A stretch of DNA of 64,000 nt from Bacteroidota bacterium (GTDB lineage: Bacteria; Bacteroidota; Ignavibacteria; UBA10030; UBA8401). How positions within the stretch are numbered: position 1 is the first letter of the stretch; every line of letters begins with the position of its first letter. The notes beneath the pieces are model-generated. The model saw only the letters and a list, made by a program, of their open reading frames with translations. It had not been told where the DNA came from and ran no database searches. The stretch lies in the NCBI GenBank assembly GCA_008933835.1, contig WBUG01000005.1, forward strand, positions 18,876 through 82,875. The letters run 5' to 3'. Shown here one piece after another: positions 45,614 through 52,987 of this stretch. The translations under genes were made by a program, and so were the position numbers.

Positions 45614-46132
45614 TCAGGCGTGCGTGGTGCGCAGGCCGGGAACGTACCTCTTCGCAACTTCGTAGAGACCGAACAGCGCGGTCACGTACACGACGTCGCC
45701 GGCGAGCGCGTTACGGAAGAAGGGGACCGCCGCGATGTAGCAGTCGACGAGACCCTGCGTCGTCATCGGATAGAGGAGGCCGGACTGCCAGACGCCGAAG
45801 TTCGTGACGATGAAGAAGAGCACTGAACCGGCGAGCGTGGAGCCCGCGACGACTCCGACGGAGCGCTTCGCCTGCGCCGCCATGCCGATGCCGGTCACGA
45901 GCAGGAAGCTGCCGTACACCCACAGGATGCCGTCATAGAACCCGAGCACGGCGTCGCTCAGCACGAGGGCGGCCAGCGGCAGCACCGGCGCGAAGCGGCG
46001 GTCGAAATAGAATCCCCCGAACAGCGCGATGGCCGTGATGGGGGCGAAGTTCATCGGATGCGGGATGAGCCGTGATGCGGCGGCGAGGAGGACGAGGACC
46101 ATGCCGACGGCCAGCGAACGCTTCGAATTCAT
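45614..46132 (-). CDS. small polytopic membrane protein, cobalamin-riboswitch controlled; function unknown (ECF-S-component-like size and topology)
   Basis: 172 aa. ATG preceded by AGGAG. About 5 hydrophobic spans. N-terminal RLIPHPMNFAPITAIALFGG motif. Confidence 0.8.
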   Translation of the reverse strand: MNSKRSLAVGMVLVLLAAASRLIPHPMNFAPITAIALFGGFYFDRRFAPVLPLAALVLSDAVLGFYDGILWVYGSFLLVTGIGMAAQAKRSVGVVAGSTLAGSVLFFIVTNFGVWQSGLLYPMTTQGLVDCYIAAVPFFRNALAGDVVYVTALFGLYEVAKRYVPGLRTTHA

Positions 46133-46156
46133 GCGGGGCTCCTATGATGGATGTCT

Positions 46157-46212
46157 TTAAAAACGAACATCCCGGCCGGGGCCGGGACGATAAAACGGTT
46201 CGATGACGAACC
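46157..46212 (-). terminator. riboswitch 2 expression platform: two hairpin plus U-tract elements
   Basis: Minus strand reads GGTTCG-TCAT-CGAACC then GTTTTAT, followed by TCCCGGC-CCCG-GCCGGGA then TGTTCGTTTTT. Confidence 0.5.
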
Positions 46213-46249
46213 CTTCTACCACCTCTTTCCTCGGAGGTGACGCGAAACC

Positions 46250-46366
46250 GGTGATGGCAGGTCTCCTGGCTTACGGCCGTACGGCCGGTTCACAGTTGCG
46301 GGACAGCTCCCGAATCTCACGGGATTCCCATTTTCACCCCGGAGATCGCTCCGGGACACCATCATC
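46250..46366 (-). promoter_or_regulatory. cobalamin riboswitch aptamer 2 (upstream of the 172-aa membrane protein)
   Basis: Minus strand shows P1 TGATGG...CCATCA. Core AATGGGAATCCCGTGAGATTCGGGAGCTGTCCCGCAACTGTGAA. B12 box AAGCCAGGAGACCTGCC (plus-strand 46256-46272). Confidence 0.85.
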
Positions 46367-46423
46367 GTCGATGCGGAAGAACGGAATTGACTGCGGTCAA
46401 GATACGACAGATTGGAGGCGATG

Positions 46424-47854
46424 TCAAGGCCTATTCCCGAAGAGCGAACGGACGCGGCGCAGTTCCCCCGGCGTGAAGAAGCCGGCGAGGTACAGCGAGG
46501 CGCCCCAGGCGGCGAGCACCGCCCCTTTCAGGAACACGCTCTCCCCCGCCGCGCGGCCGAGGAAGAACGCGGCGGTGACGGTCACGAGCAGGATGCCGAT
46601 GCGGCGGAACTCGTACTCGATGCGGTAGACGCGCTGCACGACCGGATAGAGCGTCGCCTCCACCATCAGGTAACCGAGCACCGTCGCCACGGCGGCCCCC
46701 ATCACGCCGAGCCACGGTACGAGGAGGAAGGTGAGGACGAGCTTGGTGACCGAACCGGCGAGCGACGTCGGGAAAAGATAGCCGGTCTTCTTCTCGATCT
46801 GAATGCCGGCGTTGAGGTTCGTCCCCACGCCGCTGAGGATGTAGCTGAGCATGATGAGCGGCACGATGTCCTGCGCGGTCCAGTACGCCGGCGGGAAGAT
46901 GTACTTCACGATATCGCCGAGGTAGAACGAGAGGACGAGGAAGAGCGCCAGCGTTCCGAGCAGGTAGTACGTCATCACCCGCGCGAAGAGCCTCTTGGCG
47001 TCCGGTTCCTTCGCATGCGTGAGGAAGAAGGGGCGCCAGGCGTACTCGAACATGCCGGTGACGAGCGCCATGAAGATGCCGAGCCGGTAGTTGACCTGGT
47101 AGATGCCGAGCGAAGCGTCGTCCATCAGCAGCTTCAGGATGGGCCGGTCCACGATCTGCAGCAGCACGCCGGAGAGTCCCACCGGGACGATGGGAAGGCC
47201 GAACGCGAGGAGCTGCCGGAAGAGCGGAACGCTGAACCCCGCCTCCAGCTGTCGGAGCGTGCCGGGAAGCAGGATGACGAAGGATAATACCGACGCGCAG
47301 AGATTACTGAAGAAGATCCCCTCCACGCCCCACCGGAGCCCGTACACGGTGACGATGTTCAGCGTCACGGTCAGCACGATGTTGAGCACCTTGGTAAGGG
47401 CGAAGAACGATGCGCGCCGCTGCAGGCGGAGCGACGCGTACGGCACGAGCGTGAGCGCGTCGAAGAGCAGGATGCCGGCGGTGTACCGGAGCACCGTGTC
47501 CAGCGAACGGTCCAGCTGCAGCGCCTCCGCCAACGGTGCAGAACCGGCGGCGATACCGGCGGAGAGGAGGAGCGACACGCCGCCGATGGCGTAGAACGGC
47601 GTGCTGAAGTTCTGCTTCGGCGTCCCGGTCTCGTTCGTCGCGGCGAAACGGAAGTAGGACGACTCCATCCCGTAGCTGTAGAAGACCGTGGCGAGGGCGA
47701 TGAAGGAGTAGAGGTACGCCACCACGCCGTTGTCGGCGGTGGTGAGGGTGTTGGCGTAGAGAGGGACGAGCGCGAAGTTGAGCAGACGCGCCAGCACGGT
47801 GCTGATGCCGTAGATGGCAGTGTCGGTACCGAGGCGTTTGATCTGCTCGAACAT
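46424..47854 (-). CDS. MOP-superfamily polysaccharide/oligosaccharide flippase
   Basis: 476 aa with about 12-14 TM spans. N-terminus LGTDTAIYGISTVLARLLNFALVPLYANTL is typical of Wzx-like flippases. Confidence 0.75.
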   Translation of the reverse strand: MFEQIKRLGTDTAIYGISTVLARLLNFALVPLYANTLTTADNGVVAYLYSFIALATVFYSYGMESSYFRFAATNETGTPKQNFSTPFYAIGGVSLLLSAGIAAGSAPLAEALQLDRSLDTVLRYTAGILLFDALTLVPYASLRLQRRASFFALTKVLNIVLTVTLNIVTVYGLRWGVEGIFFSNLCASVLSFVILLPGTLRQLEAGFSVPLFRQLLAFGLPIVPVGLSGVLLQIVDRPILKLLMDDASLGIYQVNYRLGIFMALVTGMFEYAWRPFFLTHAKEPDAKRLFARVMTYYLLGTLALFLVLSFYLGDIVKYIFPPAYWTAQDIVPLIMLSYILSGVGTNLNAGIQIEKKTGYLFPTSLAGSVTKLVLTFLLVPWLGVMGAAVATVLGYLMVEATLYPVVQRVYRIEYEFRRIGILLVTVTAAFFLGRAAGESVFLKGAVLAAWGASLYLAGFFTPGELRRVRSLFGNRP

Positions 47855-47888
47855 GCGTCCTTGCGTAAGGGTGCCCGGGAAGGGGCGG

Positions 47889-48749
47889 TCAGTGTCGGTA
47901 CTCGAGGGAGATGTCCAGCGCTTTCGGTGAGTGTGTGAGAGCGCCGACGGAGATGAGGTCCACCCCCGTCTCGGCGATGGACCGGACGGTCGCCAGTGTG
48001 ACGCCGCCGGAAGCTTCTACTTCCATTCGGCCGTCCACCAGCAGCACCGCCTCGCGCATCGCCTCCGCGGTATAGTTATCGAGCATCACCCGGTCCACCC
48101 CGCCCGCGTCGAGCACCTCGCGCACCTGCTCCAGCGAGGTGGTCTCCACTTCGATCTTCACGTCGATGGAACGGGAACGGAGGTAACGCCGGCACCGGTC
48201 GATGGCGGCGGTGACGGAACCCGCCGCGGCGATGTGATTGTCCTTGATGAGCACCATGGAATCGAGCGCGAAACGGTGGTTCACGCCGCCGCCGTCCGCC
48301 ACCGCCTTCTTGTCCAGCACCCGCAGTCCCGGCGCCGTCTTGCGCGTGTCGGTGATTCGGGCCTTCGTGCCGGCGACCGCATGGACGAACTTGTGGGTCA
48401 GTGTGGCGATGCCGGACATCCGCTGCAGGAAATTGAGCATCACCCGTTCGCCCGTGAGCAGGCTCCGCACCGGTCCGTTCACGGAGGCGAGGATCATCCC
48501 CTTCTCCGACAGGGCGCCATCGCGCACCGCGGCGCTGAAGGTCACCTGTCCGTCCACGATGCCATAGACCACGCGGGCGATGTCCATGCCGGAGATGATG
48601 CCGCTCTCCTTCAGCACGAGGTCGGCGGTCCCGGTCTGTTCCTCGGGGATGAGCGATTCGCTGGTGATGTCGCCGAAGCCGACGTCCTCGAACAGCGCCT
48701 GTTCGATGAGACGGCCGATGCGGCTGTCGTTCAGAGCGTTACCGTCCAT
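47889..48749 (-). CDS. nadC: nicotinate-nucleotide diphosphorylase (carboxylating)
   Basis: 286 aa. LFEDVGFGDITS, LDTRKTAPGLR, MLDN and SGGV match the QPRTase pattern. Confidence 0.9.
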   Translation of the reverse strand: MDGNALNDSRIGRLIEQALFEDVGFGDITSESLIPEEQTGTADLVLKESGIISGMDIARVVYGIVDGQVTFSAAVRDGALSEKGMILASVNGPVRSLLTGERVMLNFLQRMSGIATLTHKFVHAVAGTKARITDTRKTAPGLRVLDKKAVADGGGVNHRFALDSMVLIKDNHIAAAGSVTAAIDRCRRYLRSRSIDVKIEVETTSLEQVREVLDAGGVDRVMLDNYTAEAMREAVLLVDGRMEVEASGGVTLATVRSIAETGVDLISVGALTHSPKALDISLEYRH

Positions 48750-48900
48750 CGGGGGCCGGCAGCAGGATGGGAATGCCCTCCTTCACCTCGTACGTCGCGC
48801 CGCAGGAGGTGCAGGTGAGCCGGTCCTTGTCCGCTTCGTACCGCAGATCGGCGCGGCACGAGGGACAGCAGATGAGGGAGAGCAGGTCGTTTTTCAGCAT
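48739..48900 (-). CDS. Trm112-like small zinc-ribbon protein (UPF0434-type)
   Basis: Not in the ORF track (53 codons). My translation is MLKNDLLSLICCPSCRADLRYEADKDRLTCTSCGATYEVKEGIPILLPAPDGR. It has CPxC...CxxC and a trailing GIPILL. ATG lies 1 nt after the upstream stop. Overlaps nadC by 11 nt. Confidence 0.7.
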   Translation of the reverse strand: MLKNDLLSLICCPSCRADLRYEADKDRLTCTSCGATYEVKEGIPILLPAPDGR

Positions 48901-48901
48901 A

Positions 48902-49324
48902 TCAGGGGAAGAATGACTGCATGATCGTTTCGAATTCCTTCGGCGGCCGCACTGGACGTCCGGTCCGTGCGTCCAGGAAGGCGTGCATGGTGTATCCGTC
49001 GACGAGCACCGCCGGGTCGTCGCCGCGCGTCACGGCGTACTCGATGCGGATACGGTTGGTGGGACGTTCCCGCACCGACGCGCGGACCTGGAGCCGGTCG
49101 TCGTACGCCGCGGGCCGGCGGTAATGCACGTGCGCCTCGACCACCACCACGAAGATGCCCATCGCTTCGATGGCGGCGTACGGAAGGCCCATCGCCCGGA
49201 GCATCTCGGTCCTCGCCTGCTCGAAGTAGGTGAGGTAGTTCCCGTGGTACACCACCCGCATCCCGTCCGTCTCGGCGTACCGCACGCGGATGTCGGTGAC
49301 GCAGGTGAAGCCCGGCTCACTCAT
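48902..49324 (-). CDS. acyl-CoA thioesterase (YbgC/4HBT hot-dog fold)
   Basis: 140 aa. [27 protein letters not shown] is typical of the YbgC family. Confidence 0.8.
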   Translation of the reverse strand: MSEPGFTCVTDIRVRYAETDGMRVVYHGNYLTYFEQARTEMLRAMGLPYAAIEAMGIFVVVVEAHVHYRRPAAYDDRLQVRASVRERPTNRIRIEYAVTRGDDPAVLVDGYTMHAFLDARTGRPVRPPKEFETIMQSFFP

Positions 49325-50267
49325 TCCAGGCGCCCATCGCGCAGAACTTCTCGACGCGCTTCTCGACGAGCTTGTCCGGCTTCATCTTCTGCAGCGTCTT
49401 CAGTTCCTCCAGCAGCGTGTCCTTCAGGATGGCGGCCGCCTGGGCCGGATTCCGGTGCGCGCCGCCGAGCGGCTCGGGGACGATGCGGTCCACGATCTTC
49501 TGTTCGAGCAGGTCCGTGGCGGTGAGGCGCAGCGCCTCGGCCGCCTGCTCCTTGAACTCCCAGCTCTTCCAGAGGATGGAGGAGCACGATTCGGGGGCGA
49601 TGACGGAGTACCAGGTGTTCTCCAGCATCAGCATCCGGTCCCCCACCCCGATGCCGAGCGCGCCGCCGGACGCCCCTTCGCCGATGATGACGACGATGAT
49701 GGGGACCGGCAGATGCGACATCTCGAAGAGGTTGCGGGCGATGGCTTCGGCCTGTCCCCGCTCCTCCGCCTCCAGACCCGGGAACGCTCCCGGCGTGTCG
49801 AGCATGGTGATGACGGGCCGGTTGAACTTGGCGGCGAGCTTCATCAGCCGCAGCGCCTTGCGGTACCCCTCCGGATTCGGCATGCCGAAGTTGCGGTAGA
49901 GGTTGGACTTGGTGTCGCGCCCTTTCTGCTGTCCGATGAACATCACCGGCTGCCCGCCGAGCCGGGCGAACCCGCCGACGATGGCCTTGTCGTCGCCGAA
50001 GGCCCGGTCGCCGTGCAGTTCCGTGAAGTCCGTCGTCATCATCTGGATGTAGTCGAGCGTGTAGGGACGCTCCGGATGGCGGGCGAGCTGCACCCGCTGC
50101 CAGCGGGTGAGGTTGGAGAAGATGTTCTCGCGGAGCTGGTTCACCTTCTTCTCGAGGGTCTTCACCTCGGCGGAAACGTCCACACTCTCGCCAAGCGTCT
50201 TGATCTCCTCGATCTTCTGTTCCAGCTCGTGGATGGGCTTCTCGAACTCCAGTATCACTTTTGCCAT
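49317..50267 (-). CDS. accA: acetyl-CoA carboxylase carboxyltransferase subunit alpha
   Basis: 316 aa. [20 protein letters not shown], and the canonical AccA layout. Confidence 0.95.
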   Translation of the reverse strand: MAKVILEFEKPIHELEQKIEEIKTLGESVDVSAEVKTLEKKVNQLRENIFSNLTRWQRVQLARHPERPYTLDYIQMMTTDFTELHGDRAFGDDKAIVGGFARLGGQPVMFIGQQKGRDTKSNLYRNFGMPNPEGYRKALRLMKLAAKFNRPVITMLDTPGAFPGLEAEERGQAEAIARNLFEMSHLPVPIIVVIIGEGASGGALGIGVGDRMLMLENTWYSVIAPESCSSILWKSWEFKEQAAEALRLTATDLLEQKIVDRIVPEPLGGAHRNPAQAAAILKDTLLEELKTLQKMKPDKLVEKRVEKFCAMGAWNE

Positions 50268-50276
50268 GGATGCTCC

Positions 50277-52271
50277 TTACGGTCTCCGCAGCCGTCGCTG
50301 CAGCGTCTTCACGATGATCTCCAGATCGAGCATGAACGACTGGTTCTTCGCATAGTACAGTTCGAACTGCTCCCGTTCCTCGGGGGTCAGCGGACCGCCG
50401 TCGTGCACCTGCACCAGTCCGGTGATGCCCGGCTTCCCGGCCGCTCCGGTACGGTTCCCTCCTTCCGATTCAGCCGAAAATCCGACGAAACTCCACCTTC
50501 CGGCCAGAACGGAGGGGAGCCGGCGAAGCAATTCCGGTGCGCCGGAGGCGCGTTTTGGCGTGAAAAGGCGGGTGAAATATACTAAAGGGGCGTAGGAAAT
50601 CAAAAGGAAAAGGCTCCCGCCGGCGTCGAACAGCCGCTTCGCCATCCGGTTCGGCAGCTTGGCGATGTTGTAGTCGAGCTCGATGAGCGGCAGTTCGCCG
50701 AGCTGGTCGATGTTCGGCTTGCCGATGATGACTTCAAGGTTGGTAGGGACGAGCCGGAAGTTGACGAACCGAGAACGGTTGCCGGCGATGATGCGCAGGA
50801 TGGTGGCGTACGGCACGGCGTCCGACGAGAAGATGACTTCGCTCAGCCGGTGCTCTTCCACCAGACGGTTCAGCGTTTCGACGCTGCCGATGATGGGCAC
50901 ATCCGCCACCGTTTCGCCGATACTCTTTCGGTTGATGTCCACGAATCCGACCACGGAGTACCCTCCCCCCGCCCGGGCCCGCAGCTTCTTCAGAATGTCG
51001 GTCGCGGCCGGACCGGTGCCGACGATGACGGTGCGGCGTCCGAACAGGGTGGCCCGTTCGGCGGAATCGCCGGCGCCGAGCAGCCGCAGCAGCAGTCTCC
51101 ATCCCGGGATCATCATCAGCGAGAGCGCGCCGGAGATGAGCATGATCATCCGGCTGAAGGCGAAGTCCTTCTCGAACGCCACCACGGCGGAGATGACGAC
51201 GAATCCGCCGAACACCGCGGCGAACGAACGCGAGACGGAGAGCTTGGAGCGCGAGTAGAGTCCGTTGAGCGCCAGCGTGCCGGAGACGATGAGCGCGGGA
51301 ATGAGGAACACCCAGGGATAGGCGTACTCCGGCAGGGTGAGGAGAGCGCCCTTCCGGACGTACTCTCCCGCCAGGATGGTGATGGCGACGATCGTCATGT
51401 CCGCGGCGACCATCGGGAACGGCCGCAGGAACCGGCCGGCGTCCGCGAGGAACTTGCGCACGCCGATGCCGGAGTAGATGAACCACTCGAACACCGAGGA
51501 ACGGGCGTGATGCTTCCGCACGAAGAGCCGCATCGCGTTGTAGAAGACCTTCAGTTCGTCGATGTCGCTCCGTTTCGTGCTCTCCCCTTTGTAATGGATG
51601 ATGGAGGTCTCGGGAACGTACATCACCTTCCACCCCGCCTTCTGGACGCGGTAGCACCAGTCCAGGTCCTCGCCGTACATGAAGAACTCCTCGTCCAGTC
51701 CCCCGATGGCTTCATAGACCTCGCGGCGCACCATCATGAACGAACCGCTGACCGCGTCCACTTCGTACGTTCCGTCCGGATCGAGGTAGGTGAGGTTGTA
51801 GCGGGCGAAGAGGCGCGAGTTCGGGAAAAGGGTCGAAAGGCCGAAGGTCTTCGTGAAGGCGGTCCATGGCGTGGGGAAGCTGCGGCGGCACGGCAGCTGG
51901 AGGGAGCCGTCCGGATTGAGGATCTTGCAGCCGACCATGCCGGCCTTCGGGTCCCGCTCGAAGTACCGCACGAGCGCGGCGACGGTGTCCTCCTGCACGA
52001 GCGTGTCAGGATTGATGAGGAGCAGGTAGCGTCCGCCGGACCGGGCGAGGGCCTGATTGTTGGCGCGGGCGAAGCCGACGTTCGCCGTGTTGGCGATGAG
52101 GTGCACGCCGGGGAAGTCGCGCCGGAGGAGTTCCACGCTCCCGTCGTCCGACGCATTGTCCACCACGAAGATCTCGGACGAGAAGCCGTCGAGCGCCTTC
52201 TGGAGGGACGTCAGCGCGTTGCTGAGGAAGCCGCGGACGTTGTAGTTGACGATGATGACGGAGACGTCCAT
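50277..52271 (-). CDS. fusion protein: GT2 glycosyltransferase + WbaP-like membrane/Rossmann scaffold with a degenerate sugar-transferase domain
   Basis: Start trimmed to ATG 52271 (MDVSVIIVNYN), giving 664 aa. GT2 motifs DNASDDGS and NPDT. Hydrophobic spans, RRTVIVGTGPAATDIL. The C-terminus matches the ends of a bacterial sugar transferase but lacks its central motifs. Confidence 0.8.
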   Translation of the reverse strand: MDVSVIIVNYNVRGFLSNALTSLQKALDGFSSEIFVVDNASDDGSVELLRRDFPGVHLIANTANVGFARANNQALARSGGRYLLLINPDTLVQEDTVAALVRYFERDPKAGMVGCKILNPDGSLQLPCRRSFPTPWTAFTKTFGLSTLFPNSRLFARYNLTYLDPDGTYEVDAVSGSFMMVRREVYEAIGGLDEEFFMYGEDLDWCYRVQKAGWKVMYVPETSIIHYKGESTKRSDIDELKVFYNAMRLFVRKHHARSSVFEWFIYSGIGVRKFLADAGRFLRPFPMVAADMTIVAITILAGEYVRKGALLTLPEYAYPWVFLIPALIVSGTLALNGLYSRSKLSVSRSFAAVFGGFVVISAVVAFEKDFAFSRMIMLISGALSLMMIPGWRLLLRLLGAGDSAERATLFGRRTVIVGTGPAATDILKKLRARAGGGYSVVGFVDINRKSIGETVADVPIIGSVETLNRLVEEHRLSEVIFSSDAVPYATILRIIAGNRSRFVNFRLVPTNLEVIIGKPNIDQLGELPLIELDYNIAKLPNRMAKRLFDAGGSLFLLISYAPLVYFTRLFTPKRASGAPELLRRLPSVLAGRWSFVGFSAESEGGNRTGAAGKPGITGLVQVHDGGPLTPEEREQFELYYAKNQSFMLDLEIIVKTLQRRLRRP

Positions 52272-52987
52272 CAGTCCTTTTTGAACAGGCTCTGCAGCTT
52301 CAGTTTCCACACCATGAAGGCCGCCTCGTAGACGATCTTCTTGTTCATCTTGGAGACGCCGACGCGCCGGTCGACGAACACGATGGGCATCTCCTTGATG
52401 ATGAAGCCCTTGCGCCACGCCATGAAGTTCGTCTCGATCTGGAAGGCGTACCCGTTGGAGCGGATGGCGTCCAGGTCGATGGTCTCGAGCACCTTCCGTT
52501 TGTAGCATTTGAACCCGGCGGTAGCGTCGTGCACCGGCATGCCGGTGATGATGCGGGTGTAGATGTTGGCGGAGTAGCTCAGGATGAGGCGTTTCATCGG
52601 CCAGTTGACGACGTTCACCCCCTTGATGTAGCGGGAACCGATGAGCACGTCGCACTCGTCCATCTTCCCGAGCATGATGGGGACCTCTTTGGGATTGTGC
52701 GAGAAGTCGGCGTCCATTTCGAAGATGAAGTCGAACCCGTGCGCGATGGCGTACTTGAAGCCCGCCACGTACGCCGTGCCGAGGCCCAGTTTCCGTTCCC
52801 GCTGCAGCAGGTGGATGCGGGGGTTCGCCTCCATCATCTTCTTCACGATGTCGGCCGTGCCGTCCGGCGAGTTGTCGTCCACGATGAGCACCTGGACCAT
52901 CTCGGTCTGGGCGAGCACCTCGGTGATGATCTTCTCGGCGTTCTGCGATTCGTTGTAGGTCGGAATGATGACGAGCGCTTTTTGCAT
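52271..52987 (-). CDS. polyprenyl-phosphate mannose/glycose synthase (DPM1-like GT2)
   Basis: Start trimmed to ATG 52987 (MQKALVIIPTYNE), giving 238 aa. Contains VDDNSPDGT, EMDADFSH and GFKCYKRKVLE. One-nt overlaps at both ends. Confidence 0.85.
   Translation of the reverse strand: MQKALVIIPTYNESQNAEKIITEVLAQTEMVQVLIVDDNSPDGTADIVKKMMEANPRIHLLQRERKLGLGTAYVAGFKYAIAHGFDFIFEMDADFSHNPKEVPIMLGKMDECDVLIGSRYIKGVNVVNWPMKRLILSYSANIYTRIITGMPVHDATAGFKCYKRKVLETIDLDAIRSNGYAFQIETNFMAWRKGFIIKEMPIVFVDRRVGVSKMNKKIVYEAAFMVWKLKLQSLFKKD

Noticed and set aside
46197-46212. GGTTCG...CGAACC resembling a tRNA T-arm.
   Set aside because: It is a simple 6-bp hairpin followed by a U-tract inside the riboswitch 2 expression platform. 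No acceptor, D or anticodon arms surround it.
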